64,000 nucleotides of DNA, taken from positions 1 to 64,000 of the forward strand of contig JBDREC010000019.1 of the NCBI GenBank assembly GCA_043820105.1, given 5' to 3'. Origin of the DNA: Pseudomonadota bacterium (GTDB taxonomy: Bacteria > Bdellovibrionota_F > JAHFAK01 > JBDREC01). Under the pieces are notes generated by a model. The model did not search any database. It saw only the letters and a program-made list of their open reading frames with translations, and was not told where the DNA came from. Each line of letters starts with the position of its first letter. The stretch's first letter is position 1. The translations under genes and the position numbers were made by a program. This document shows positions 1-9,569 of this stretch, one piece after another.

Positions 1-87
1 TCATTATTTTTAACATATTAATGTAAGGAGTTTTAATTTATGAGTTGCAATTTTTATAAAAATTTTAGATAAAAATTTTTGGGCTAG

Positions 88-138
88 GTGGACCACTTTT
101 GCGTCCGATTCGTGGACCAGTTTTCAATCCGATTGGCA
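88..138. mobile_element. Terminus of an IS21-family-like element (body lies left of the window)
   Basis: Two 23-nt units GTGGACCAcTTTTgcgTCCGATT / GTGGACCAgTTTTcaaTCCGATT (88-110, 112-134), then GGCA. The reverse complement starts TG and carries tandem subterminal repeats, as IS21-family ends do. Confidence 0.65.
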
Positions 139-139
139 A

Positions 140-232
140 AAAGCCCTGAAATTCGAAAAATACCTAAATCACGGTTCAGGTCATGCCTTTGCTAAACGTC
201 ATTTCTGGAAAGTGAGAGCTAGCTCCCCTTAA
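140..232 (+). pseudogene. 3' remnant of a small GIY-YIG nuclease gene truncated by the IS end
   Basis: Manual translation KALKFEKYLNHGSGHAFAKRHFWKVRASSP* resembles the A-x2-FEKYLK-SG-AF-KRHF C-terminus of small GIY-YIG proteins. It begins right at the IS terminus. Confidence 0.55.
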
Positions 233-266
233 TAATCCCCAGTAATTTGAAAAGATTGAAAATCAA

Positions 267-760
267 CTAATCTTTTAATTTTTCAATGAAACTAATTACG
301 CCTTTTTTCAATATTTCTTTATTTCCATTTGATTCAAATACAAGGTCTGAACATACATTTTGAACCATTAAATCAATAATTTGTGTGTCAAAATTACCAA
401 GAACCCTAAAGTCCGATCTTAAACCCAGGATTGGTTTTTTCTTAGAATAAGCATAACCCAATTCAATGGCAGTTCCTACATCCTGTGGTACTCCATCTAA
501 AAGAGCTATTATAGCATCAGATTTATCTACAGCCTCAATATCATTTTTAAAAATAGAATAAAGCAGTTCCTTTGAAGATTTTCCAGGAGCACGATTTTCA
601 TTATTATCACCATTGTCAATATGAGGCAGAAAACTATCTGCTGAAGCTTCCTGTACCCAAATCCGAATTTCCTCTAAGAAAGCTCTATCTTGAATAGTAA
701 AAAGTGGTCCTGCAATATAAAAAGTGGTCCTGCAATATAAATAGTTGGTTTTCTTTTCAT
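267..760 (-). pseudogene. Nucleoside 2-deoxyribosyltransferase family gene, frameshifted by a 20-bp tandem duplication
   Basis: Removing one copy of AAAGTGGTCCTGCAATATAA (701-720 = 721-740) gives a 157-aa ORF MKRKPTIYIAGPLF...DVGTAIELGYAY with NDT motifs. Confidence 0.8.
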
Positions 761-1016
761 ATTATTTTTCCTTTCATGTTTTCATATCCCAAATTCCAAA
801 TGGATACTTATTAACAATATTTACTATGTTTTTCAAGATAATTTACTAAACTTTATGCGCTAAACAACAAACCTCCCCAAAGCAACCCCCATTTTTGAAT
901 ATCGCATATTAATATTTACTTTTATCTTAATTCCAGAATCTGAACCTTTCAATTGGTTCGCTAAAAAGCTAAGTATATCCCGCATAAAACATGCATGGAT
1001 TATAAATTAGCGACGA

Positions 1017-1119
1017 GTGACAAAAATTGTCACCTTGCCGCAGCGCATTTTCTCCATGATAACAATTACTTAAAAATCGAGTGACAATTTTTGTCAAGCC
1101 GGCTGACAATTTTTGTCAC
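1017..1119 (+). promoter_or_regulatory. Three palindromic TGACAA-N3-TTGTCA boxes, likely enhancer (PilR-type bEBP) sites
   Basis: GTGACAAAAATTGTCAC 1017-1033, GTGACAATTTTTGTCAA 1081-1097 and CTGACAATTTTTGTCAC 1103-1119, all upstream of a sigma54 promoter. Confidence 0.65.
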
Positions 1120-1190
1120 TTTTTGTGTTTTGCAGGCTTTTTGCATTTTGGGATTTCAATGAAATCGAGGACTTAGGAAATTGCTGGTTT

Positions 1191-1206
1191 TGGCATGGAA
1201 ATTGCT
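1191..1206 (+). promoter_or_regulatory. Sigma54 (-24/-12) promoter of the pilin locus
   Basis: TGGCATGGAAATTGCT with correct GG-N10-GC spacing, about 105 bp before the first pilin ATG. Confidence 0.8.
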
Positions 1207-1310
1207 TAATAAAGAGAATGAATTCGTATTACGTCGTACGTATTTCGTCGTACGTGAATAAAGAACGTAATACGAAATACGTAATACAAAATACTTAATT
1301 GGAGGTTACT

Positions 1311-1817
1311 ATGAAAAAGAAAGGCTTTACACTGGTTGAACTAATGATCGTTGTTGCCATCATCGGCATTTTGGCAGCGATTGCGATTCCGTCTTTTATG
1401 TCTTATATTAAGAAGTCGAAGAAGTCGGAAGTTAACATGCTAATCAATGGTATTTTCGCAGCAGAAGCTGACTACAACATTGATAACGCCAAATTCCATC
1501 ATATTGGAGTAGCGGTTCCAACAAATGATGTAAATGTATTAAATGGCAATAAGCAAATGGGATCTCAAAATGCTTTTGCAAATAACACTATGGGTTTTAA
1601 AATTATAGGATTTGTCCCAGATCAGGATATATATGGTGGGGCTATGGTAAATTGCACAGCCGGTGGTTATAATGTTACAATAGGGGGCAATATCGTTGTT
1701 TTTCAAGATCTTGATGACGATGGAACCAGGGCCGAATATTTTCAAGAATTTCTAAGAGATAAAAATGGGTCAGGTAACGCATATAAAAAGTTCTCGGGTG
1801 TTGCACAAGAAGACTAA
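1311..1817 (+). CDS. pilA: Type IVa pilin, copy 1
   Basis: [27 protein letters not shown] class III signal with E5; GGAGG RBS before ATG 1311. Confidence 0.9.
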   Translation: MKKKGFTLVELMIVVAIIGILAAIAIPSFMSYIKKSKKSEVNMLINGIFAAEADYNIDNAKFHHIGVAVPTNDVNVLNGNKQMGSQNAFANNTMGFKIIGFVPDQDIYGGAMVNCTAGGYNVTIGGNIVVFQDLDDDGTRAEYFQEFLRDKNGSGNAYKKFSGVAQED

Positions 1818-1857
1818 TCGAGAACAGGAGCGCAAGGGAACAAGAGAACAAAGCGAG

Positions 1858-1958
1858 TTCAGGATCTCTTGGGCTGAAATTGGTATTCAGTATTCGGTAT
1901 TTAGTATTCAGTTTCTTTTCCATACTGAATACTATATACTGAATACCGAATACTAAAT
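1858..1958. repeat. Spacer block A: inverted (GTATTCA)n/(TGAATAC)n arms, duplicated at 3286-3393
   Basis: 1858-1933 is identical to 3286-3361; the copies then differ by one substitution and one extra heptamer. Confidence 0.9.
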
Positions 1959-2004
1959 AGGCTGATAGCCCAATTATTAACAACTTTTTTCAAAGGAGAA
2001 AACA

Positions 2005-2514
2005 ATGAAAAAAAAAGGCTTTACACTAGTTGAACTAATGATCGTTGTTGCCATCATTGCCATACTCGCAGCGATCGCGATTCCGTCTTTTATGGCTTAT
2101 ATCAAGAAGTCTAAGAAGTCAGAAGTTGGAATGCTTATTAATGGAATCTTTGCAGCAGAGGCTGATTATAATATTAATAATGCTAAGTTTCATAAATGTT
2201 ATCCTGCTGTACCTACAAGTGATGCAAATGTTTTAAATGGAAACAGGATTAAAGGTTCGAGAAATGATTTTATAAATAATACCAGTGGATTCGCGATAAT
2301 TGGATTTGCACCTGATCAAGATACTTATTCCGGAGCTATGGTAGAGTGCGAAGCTGGTCCTTTAGATCCAACAATAGAATGTGTCATGGGAATTTATCAG
2401 GACCTTGATGATGATGATAGTAGAGAAGAATGGTATCAGGCTTTTAAACGTGATAAAACGGGAACTCAGGATGCATATAAAGATGGAGGAATTGAAGGTA
2501 GCCCTGATTATTAA
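2005..2514 (+). CDS. pilA: Type IVa pilin, copy 2
   Basis: [43 protein letters not shown] motif. Confidence 0.9.
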   Translation: MKKKGFTLVELMIVVAIIAILAAIAIPSFMAYIKKSKKSEVGMLINGIFAAEADYNINNAKFHKCYPAVPTSDANVLNGNRIKGSRNDFINNTSGFAIIGFAPDQDTYSGAMVECEAGPLDPTIECVMGIYQDLDDDDSREEWYQAFKRDKTGTQDAYKDGGIEGSPDY

Positions 2515-2556
2515 ACTTGCCAGGCGAAATTCAGTTGAAAAGGTACATGCGAATTG

Positions 2557-2595
2557 TTGGAAATTGAGAATTGATTGTTGATTATTGAAAATTTT
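2557..2595. repeat. Spacer block B (AATTGAT-type), repeated at 3393-3431 and partly near 47110
   Basis: TTGGAAATTGAGAATTGATTGTTG(a/g)TTATTGAAAATTTT in both places. Confidence 0.8.
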
Positions 2596-2679
2596 TTGGG
2601 TTAAAAATAATCAATCTTCAAAATAATTAATAACCAATAATTAACAATTAATAATTAATTGAAATAAAAGGAGACAAAC

Positions 2680-3192
2680 ATGAAAAAGAAAGGCTTTACA
2701 CTAGTCGAACTAATGATCGTAGTTGCCATTATCGGCATTTTGGCAGCGATTGCGATTCCGTCTTTTATGGCTTATATTAAGAAGTCCAAAAAGTCTGAAG
2801 TTGGAATGCTTGTCAATGGAATTTTTGCAGCTGAGGCTGATTATAACATCGACAATGCTAGATTTCATCACATTCCAACATCAGTACCAACTGATAATGT
2901 AGCAGTGTTAAATGGCGACAAACAACCTAATTCTCAAGCAGCTTTCGCAGGTGATACAAATGGCTTCAAGATTATTGGCTATGTTCCAGATGGCGATATT
3001 TATAGTGGTACAAATTGTAACTGTACTATGGGGGGCGATGACGTTACAACAGGATGCTCCATCATAGTATATCAAGATTTAGATGATGATGGCACAAGAG
3101 GAATGTATGACCAAGCAATAAAAAGAGATAAAGCTGGTAGTGGAGATGCATATAAAATGGGTAGCATTAATACAGCACCTCTTGAAGACTAA
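2680..3192 (+). CDS. pilA: Type IVa pilin, copy 3
   Basis: [43 protein letters not shown] motif. Confidence 0.9.
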   Translation: MKKKGFTLVELMIVVAIIGILAAIAIPSFMAYIKKSKKSEVGMLVNGIFAAEADYNIDNARFHHIPTSVPTDNVAVLNGDKQPNSQAAFAGDTNGFKIIGYVPDGDIYSGTNCNCTMGGDDVTTGCSIIVYQDLDDDGTRGMYDQAIKRDKAGSGDAYKMGSINTAPLED

Positions 3193-3276
3193 ATATTTTA
3201 CTATAAGTTGCAAATGACATTAGAAAAATAGGTAGGCGCATTTTGTTGGGAACAAGAGAACAAGGCAAGGTTAGGT

Positions 3277-3431
3277 TGAACTTGTTTCAGGATCTCTTGG
3301 GCTGAAATTGGTATTCAGTATTCGGTATTTAGTATTCAGTTTCTTTTCCATACTGAATACTGTATACTGTATACTGAATACCGAATACTAAATTGGAAAT
3401 TGAGAATTGATTGTTGGTTATTGAAAATTTT
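3277..3431. repeat. Composite spacer: REP-like TGAACTTGTTTCAGGATC + block A + block B
   Basis: Direct sequence identity to 1858-1958 and 2557-2595. Confidence 0.85.
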
Positions 3432-3544
3432 GTGGTTTGATAGTGAATGAATAATCAATAATCAATTTTCAATTTTCAATTTTGAAGAGAATAATTAATA
3501 GTTAATAATTAATAAATAATAATTAATTGTGGGGGAGAAATAGA

Positions 3545-3628
3545 TGCGAGAGAGGGGACTTGAACCCCTACGTCCTTGCAGACACCAGACCCTGAACCTG
3601 GCGCGTCTACCAATTCCGCCACCCTCGC
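3545..3628 (-). tRNA. tRNA-Leu(CAG)
   Basis: GCGAGGGTGGCGGAATTGGTAGAC...CCAGG-TTCAGGG-TCTGG, long variable arm, GGTTCAAGTCC; CCA not encoded. Confidence 0.95.
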
Positions 3629-3640
3629 TAAATGGTCTTC

Positions 3641-3707
3641 GGTATTCAGTTTTTCTTTTATAACTGAATACTGAATACAGAATACTGAATACTGAATACT
3701 GAATACT
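3641..3707. repeat. (TGAATAC)n heptamer array with short inverted arm
   Basis: GGTATTCAG...ACTGAATACTGAATACAGAATACTGAATACTGAATACTGAATACT. Confidence 0.85.
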
Positions 3708-3714
3708 ACTTTTC

Positions 3715-4647
3715 CTATTTCACAATCAAAACCGGCACAAAAGACTTCTTAAACGTAAGCTCAGCTACTGATCCAAGGAATCCGTCTTTTGTTCCTCCTG
3801 CTCCGCTGGCTGACATGATTATTAAATCATATCCATTTTCCATGGCGTATTTGGAAATTGTTGCTGCGGGTTTTCCTTGAATTTGTTTATATTCTACGAA
3901 GATTTGATTTTCATGTAATTCTTCAATTATTTTTCCAGGGGAAACATCACATTTGGCAAAATCTTCTGATAAACAATTTTTATAGTGGCGTTTAAAATTT
4001 AAATACTTTTTTGAAGGTCCGTTTTTAGGTATTTTGACTTCAGTTTCAACATTTAATAAAGTTACTTGTGCTTTATAAACTGCGGCAAAATTCTTTACCA
4101 TTTCCATGGCATATTTAGAGTGTGAAGAAAAATCTGTTGGAAACAAAATTTTCTTTGCCTGAAAACCATAGTATTTTGTGGAACCTGATCTAACAATCAT
4201 CACAGGAATATCTGTTTTTTTCATTATCTTTTCAACTGTAGCTGATCTAAAAAAGTTTTTTAGTCCTTTAGGCTTATTTGCTCCAATTATTAACAGATCA
4301 ATTTTTTCATGTTTTGTTAAATTAATTGTATTTTCTGAGGCTTTTCCTTCACTAATTACAATATTAATATCACTTTTTTCATAACCAGTTTTTTTAATCT
4401 GCTTTGATATCTTGTTAAAATAGGTCTGTAAAATCTCTTGTTTAATTGTCATTAGATCATCAAAATACGGTACTTTATCTCTATCCAATTCTTGTAAGTT
4501 TTTAGACTTATAGGAAAGAAAAAACTCATCAACAAAAAGAACAAATAAATCGGAGTTGAATTTATCCTTTAAGTTCAAGGCAAATTTCAAAGCATCTTTT
4601 GCTTTTGGCTTCAAATCATTTAAAACCAGGATTTTCTTAATATTCAT
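3715..4647 (-). CDS. Tandem-domain universal stress protein
   Basis: Two USP domains: IKKILVLND...DLLIIG...IPVMIV and KKILFPTDFS...DLIIMSASG...FLGSVAE...PVLIV. Confidence 0.9.
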   Translation of the reverse strand: MNIKKILVLNDLKPKAKDALKFALNLKDKFNSDLFVLFVDEFFLSYKSKNLQELDRDKVPYFDDLMTIKQEILQTYFNKISKQIKKTGYEKSDINIVISEGKASENTINLTKHEKIDLLIIGANKPKGLKNFFRSATVEKIMKKTDIPVMIVRSGSTKYYGFQAKKILFPTDFSSHSKYAMEMVKNFAAVYKAQVTLLNVETEVKIPKNGPSKKYLNFKRHYKNCLSEDFAKCDVSPGKIIEELHENQIFVEYKQIQGKPAATISKYAMENGYDLIIMSASGAGGTKDGFLGSVAELTFKKSFVPVLIVK

Positions 4648-4827
4648 CCATGAACCTTTTTATTTCTTGATGAAAATTTTTATATAAAAAGAAATATGAA
4701 ATGTAAATAAAAAGCTTTCTTTTAATTGTTGCAATTAAGGTAATAATTTGGCAATTACTTAGTTCTTTAATGCAATTTAAGGGATCGGTTTCTGCATTTT
4801 GACAGCAGAATGACTAAAAAATAATAG

Positions 4828-5556
4828 ATGAACTACATAATATTAGCAGCTGGTCTTGGAACCAGAATGAAATCTGACAAAGCAAAAGTTTTACATGAAA
4901 TTGATAATAAACCAATGATCTGGAGGCTTATTTCAACAATAAAAGAAACAGAACCTCGTAAAATTATTGTTATAATAGGTCATCAAGCAAATCTTGTAAA
5001 AAAAGCTCTAAGTGATTTTTCTGATCTTGAATTTGCCTTGCAAGAAAAACAACTTGGAACTGGTCATGCAGCGAATTATGGTTTAAATCTTTTAAATGAG
5101 GGGAGTTGTATAATTCTTCCAGGTGATACTCCCTTGATTACATCAAACGTTTTTTCTATCTTACAAAATGCTTACCTTGAATCTGGTAAAAAACTTGCAT
5201 TTTTAACTACAGAAGCTGAAAATAACAAGGGTCTAGGCAGAATTGTTAGAAAAAATAATAAAATAAAAATTGTGGAAGAAAAAGATGCTTCCCAATCAGA
5301 ATTAGAAATCAAAGAAGTTAATACAGGAATTTATGTTGGAGATATTATTTATATTAAAAACTTATTAAAAAATATAAACAATAATAATAAACAAAATGAA
5401 TATTATCTAACTGATATTATTAAAATGGCATCAAATGAAAACAATTTGGCTGCAATTAAAATCAATGACAGTATTTCAGTCATGGGTATTAATAATCTAG
5501 ATGAGCTGGAGTTTGCTGATAAGGTATATAAACAAAGAATCTCATCTGGATCTTGA
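4828..5556 (+). CDS. glmU: GlmU-like nucleotidyltransferase, N-terminal (uridyltransferase) domain only
   Basis: ILAAGLGTRMKS, QLGTGHA, GDTPL, IVEEKDA, EVNTG, EYYLTD motifs; no hexapeptide acetyltransferase domain; upstream of glmS. Confidence 0.85.
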   Translation: MNYIILAAGLGTRMKSDKAKVLHEIDNKPMIWRLISTIKETEPRKIIVIIGHQANLVKKALSDFSDLEFALQEKQLGTGHAANYGLNLLNEGSCIILPGDTPLITSNVFSILQNAYLESGKKLAFLTTEAENNKGLGRIVRKNNKIKIVEEKDASQSELEIKEVNTGIYVGDIIYIKNLLKNINNNNKQNEYYLTDIIKMASNENNLAAIKINDSISVMGINNLDELEFADKVYKQRISSGS

Positions 5557-5573
5557 AACAAGTTCAGGATGAT
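5549..5573. repeat. REP-like palindromic element (reverse complement ATCATCCTGAACTTGTTTCAAGATC)
   Basis: Near-identical to 44072-44096 and 3277-3295; contains the glmU-like stop codon. Confidence 0.7.
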
Positions 5574-5580
5574 AATCCGT

Positions 5581-5661
5581 TTTACGCTTTAACATTACGC
5601 CGTACGCTGTACGCCGTACGCTGTACCCCCTTACAGCTTACCACTTACAGCTTACCACTTA
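5581..5661. repeat. (CGTACGC)n plus (TTACCAC/TTACAGC)n heptamer arrays
   Basis: Visible tandem heptamers immediately before the glmS RBS. Confidence 0.8.
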
Positions 5662-5674
5662 AAAAGGATACAAC

Positions 5675-7495
5675 ATGTGCGGAATAGTAGGATACCTAGG
5701 AAACAAAGACTCAAAAGACATCATTCTTGATGGTCTAAAAAAGCTAGAATACAGAGGATATGACTCTGCTGGAGTTTCGTTTTTTACTGAAGATAATTTA
5801 TCCATAATAAAATCAAAAGGTAAAATATCCATTCTTGAAGAAAAAATTTCTTCAATAAATAGTTTTGGAAGTATTGGCATAGGACATACTCGCTGGGCTA
5901 CCCATGGAAAACCTTCTGATATTAATGCCCACCCGCATTCAACAAAACTTGTATCTGTTGTCCATAATGGAATTATTGAAAATTACATGGATCTGAAACA
6001 AGATATTATTAAAGCTAATATTGAAATTGAAACTGAAACTGATACAGAAATTATCGCAAAGCTTATTCATATGAAAATTAATGATGGTCTCAAACCTTTG
6101 CAGGCAATTAATAATGCAATTAAAATGTTAAAAGGTTCCTTTGCAATAGCTTGCATATTTAAAGGCGAAAAAGATAAAATATTTTTTGCTAAAGCTAATA
6201 GTCCTCTTGTTATTGGACTAGGGAAAAATGAAAATATCCTTGCCTCAGACATTCAAGCAGCAGTTAAGCTTACTAATGATTTTATTTTCTTAGAAGATGG
6301 TCGCTTAGGATACATAACCAGAGCTTCAGTTGAAGTTTATGACTTTGAACTTAAGAAAGTTGAACCAAGCGTTAAACGAATTGATTTTAATCCAATTTCT
6401 ATTGAAAAAATGGGTTACAAGCACTTTATGCAAAAAGAGATCTTTGAACAAACAAGAGCTATTTTTGAAACAATGGCTGGAAGAATTGAGCTTGCTGATA
6501 ATACAATAATGTTTGATGACAAAAATGTTTTCAATTCATTAGTTGAAGATATTGACAAAATCACAATCATAGCATGTGGCACTTCTTATCATGCGGGCCT
6601 TGTGGGAAAATTTATTTTTGAAAACTTAGCATTGATTCCTACTGACGTCGACCTTGCTTCAGAATTCAGATATCGAAATCCAATTGTAAATGACAAAACA
6701 CTGATTATTGCAATTTCTCAATCTGGTGAAACAGCTGATACAATAGCGGCCATTAAAGAAGCGAAGTTAAAAGGCGCCAAAGTTTTAGCTATTTGCAATG
6801 TTCAAGAAAGCACCATTACAAGAATTTCTCACTATACAATCTATACTCATGCTGGACCAGAAATTGGGGTTGCTTCTACAAAAGCTTTTACAACACAATT
6901 AACTGTTTTATATTTAATGGGCTTTAAACTGCAAAGTCTAAAAAATCCAGAGCAAAGCAAAAACATGTTATCTGCTTTTCTTGAAATTCCAAATAAGCTA
7001 GGTGAAATATTTAAACAAGATAAGGAAATTTATAATATCGCTCAAGAATTTTTCACTAAAGCAGATTTTTTATATCTTGGAAGGGGCGTTAACTATCCAA
7101 TAGCGCTTGAAGGAGCATTAAAACTCAAAGAGATTTCATATATTCATGCTGAAGGCTACCCCGCTGGAGAAATGAAGCATGGGCCAATAGCTTTAATAGA
7201 TGAAAGTATGCCAGTTGTTGTAATATCCCCAAAAGGGGCCAGTTTTGAAAAAATATTAAGCAATATTGAAGAAGTTAAAGCCAGAGGTGGAATAATAATT
7301 GCTATTACTTCAGTTGAAAATGATATTTTAGAAAAATATTCAGATTACATTATAAAAATACCAGAAATTGACGAATTCTTAAGTCCCTTATTAACTGTGG
7401 TTCCACTGCAAATGCTTGCTTATCATATCGCCGTATTAAAGGGTACTGACGTTGATCAACCAAGGAATCTGGCAAAAAGCGTGACAGTGGAATAA
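5675..7495 (+). CDS. glmS: Glutamine--fructose-6-phosphate aminotransferase
   Basis: MCGIVG, GHTRWATHG, SQSGETADT, C-terminal PRNLAKSVTVE. Confidence 0.98.
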   Translation: MCGIVGYLGNKDSKDIILDGLKKLEYRGYDSAGVSFFTEDNLSIIKSKGKISILEEKISSINSFGSIGIGHTRWATHGKPSDINAHPHSTKLVSVVHNGIIENYMDLKQDIIKANIEIETETDTEIIAKLIHMKINDGLKPLQAINNAIKMLKGSFAIACIFKGEKDKIFFAKANSPLVIGLGKNENILASDIQAAVKLTNDFIFLEDGRLGYITRASVEVYDFELKKVEPSVKRIDFNPISIEKMGYKHFMQKEIFEQTRAIFETMAGRIELADNTIMFDDKNVFNSLVEDIDKITIIACGTSYHAGLVGKFIFENLALIPTDVDLASEFRYRNPIVNDKTLIIAISQSGETADTIAAIKEAKLKGAKVLAICNVQESTITRISHYTIYTHAGPEIGVASTKAFTTQLTVLYLMGFKLQSLKNPEQSKNMLSAFLEIPNKLGEIFKQDKEIYNIAQEFFTKADFLYLGRGVNYPIALEGALKLKEISYIHAEGYPAGEMKHGPIALIDESMPVVVISPKGASFEKILSNIEEVKARGGIIIAITSVENDILEKYSDYIIKIPEIDEFLSPLLTVVPLQMLAYHIAVLKGTDVDQPRNLAKSVTVE

Positions 7496-7508
7496 AGATA
7501 AAAGCCTT

Positions 7509-7573
7509 GTATTCAGTATTTGATATTCAGCATTCAGTTTTTTCTGAATACTGAATACTGAATACCGAATACT
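7509..7573. repeat. Inverted (GTATTCA)n/(TGAATAC)n arms
   Basis: Seen directly between glmS and uvrD. Confidence 0.85.
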
Positions 7574-7622
7574 ATTCTGGTGACGAGTGTTCCGGCGCTC
7601 TGGTAACCACGCAAAGAAGCAC

Positions 7623-9569
7623 ATGCATAACAACATTTTAGAAAACCTAAACGAACCACAATTAAAAGCTGTTACAGCAGAAGATGGACCTTTGCTTATT
7701 TTGGCTGGAGCGGGTTCTGGCAAAACAAAAGCATTAACTCATAGAATAGCTTACTTGCTTCAAACAAAACAAATATGGCCCAATCAAATACTTGCTATGA
7801 CTTTTTCGAATAAAGCTGCAAAGGAAATTCAAGATCGTGTAATTTCACTGCTTGGTCCTAGTGCACATTCAGTTTGGATCGGCACTTTCCATTCAGTCTG
7901 TTGCAGGATATTAAAACAAGAAATTGAACGTCTTGGTTTTAAAAAAGATTTTGTTATTTATGATGACCAGGACCAAACAGCTTGTATAAAAGCTTTAATT
8001 AAAGACATGAATCTGCCTGATTCTGTTTTCACTCCAGACAAAATTAAATATAAAATAAATGCATTTAGGAATCAGTGCATCGGTCCTGATGATATTGAAC
8101 CTCAGTTTGGTAACATTTATGAAAAAAAGCTAAAGGCTTTTTTCACAGAATATCAAAAACGCCTTAAGGCTTATAATGCTGTTGATTTTGGTAATCTTAT
8201 TTTTCATATCTATACTCTTCTAAAAACTAACAAACTTTTTAGAGATCAATATCAAAACAAGTGGAAATATGTTCTTATTGATGAGTTTCAAGATACTAAT
8301 AAAATTCAATATGAAATAGTTAAGTACTTATCTATTTCTCATAATAATTTAAACGCTGTTGGCGATGATGATCAATCTATTTATAGATGGCGTGGAGCAA
8401 CTGTCGAAAATATTTTTAATCTGCCAAGGGATTTTAAAAATACTCAAATCATAAAGCTTGAACAAAACTATAGATCAACACAAAGTATAATAGCTGCTGC
8501 ACATTCGGTTGTTGTTAATAACTCTGCAAGAATGGAAAAAAATCTGTGGACCTCAAATGAAAATGGAGAAAGAATCCAAATTATTTATACAGATGATGAA
8601 CAAACAGAAGCCACGCAAGTTAGACAAACAATTCAATCCTATATCTTACAAGGAAAAAACCTTAATGATTTTGCAATATTTTATAGAACCAATGCACAAT
8701 CTCGTTTATTTGAAGAAGAGTTAACCAGATATCAGATACCATATGTTTTAGTCGGAGGCTTTAGATTTTATGAAAGAAAAGAAATCAAAGATCTTTTGTC
8801 ATATTTAAAATTTATTGTAAATCCCTATGATAGTATAAGCTTTAAAAGAATGATCTCTGTTCCACCAAGGGGAATTGGAGCTAAAACTTTAGAAAAAATA
8901 CAATTAATTGTTCAAGATAATTCTATGAATTTTATTGAAGCACTTAATTATCTTACAAGGGAAAAAATTCTAAAAGGAAAAGCTGCTAAATCAATTTCTT
9001 CACTGACAAAGCAAATTGAAGCTCTTAAAAAAAGGATGGAAAATGAACCAATACCTTCAATAGTCAGAGATTTTATATCTGAAATATCATTTCCAGATTA
9101 TTTAAGAAGTCTTGACCAACATGAGCAAGAGACAAGAATGGAAAATGTTAATGAATTTATTAATTCAATATATGACTATTTTGAAAGCTTTCCCAAAGAC
9201 AATCTATCAGATTTCTTAGACAGAATCTCACTTGTTAATGATACAGATAGAATGAAAGATCATGAAGAAAAGGTAACCCTCATGACCCTACATTGTGCTA
9301 AAGGTCTAGAGTTCGATACAGTGTTTATGGCTGGAATGGAAGATGGCCTTTTCCCTCACTCAAGGTCCATGGATTCAGAAGAAGAGTTTGAAGAAGAACG
9401 ACGTCTTTGTTATGTTGGAATGACAAGGGCAATGAAAAATCTTTACATGCTATCTTGCAGAAAACGAAAAATTTTTGGTATTACAAAGTATGTTAGACCA
9501 TCTGTTTTTCTAAATGAGATCAACAATGAATATACTGAAAAGACTGTTAACGTATCTGAGTATTTCTAA
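7623..9569 (+). CDS. uvrD: UvrD/PcrA ATP-dependent DNA helicase
   Basis: LAGAGSGKT, DEFQD, VGDDDQSIY, QNYRS, HCAKGLEF, EERRLCYVGMTRA; start moved to ATG 7623. Confidence 0.95.
   Translation: MHNNILENLNEPQLKAVTAEDGPLLILAGAGSGKTKALTHRIAYLLQTKQIWPNQILAMTFSNKAAKEIQDRVISLLGPSAHSVWIGTFHSVCCRILKQEIERLGFKKDFVIYDDQDQTACIKALIKDMNLPDSVFTPDKIKYKINAFRNQCIGPDDIEPQFGNIYEKKLKAFFTEYQKRLKAYNAVDFGNLIFHIYTLLKTNKLFRDQYQNKWKYVLIDEFQDTNKIQYEIVKYLSISHNNLNAVGDDDQSIYRWRGATVENIFNLPRDFKNTQIIKLEQNYRSTQSIIAAAHSVVVNNSARMEKNLWTSNENGERIQIIYTDDEQTEATQVRQTIQSYILQGKNLNDFAIFYRTNAQSRLFEEELTRYQIPYVLVGGFRFYERKEIKDLLSYLKFIVNPYDSISFKRMISVPPRGIGAKTLEKIQLIVQDNSMNFIEALNYLTREKILKGKAAKSISSLTKQIEALKKRMENEPIPSIVRDFISEISFPDYLRSLDQHEQETRMENVNEFINSIYDYFESFPKDNLSDFLDRISLVNDTDRMKDHEEKVTLMTLHCAKGLEFDTVFMAGMEDGLFPHSRSMDSEEEFEEERRLCYVGMTRAMKNLYMLSCRKRKIFGITKYVRPSVFLNEINNEYTEKTVNVSEYF

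Noticed and set aside
1675-1983. ORFs 1675-1983 (-), 1765-1956 (+), 1113-1298 (+) and 7436-7723 (-)
   Set aside because: Shadow frames running through heptamer arrays and real genes.
1311-3192. Diversity-generating retroelement or shufflon acting on the pilins
   Set aside because: No reverse transcriptase, no adenine-specific TR/VR pair and no recombinase in the window; all copies are complete and co-oriented.
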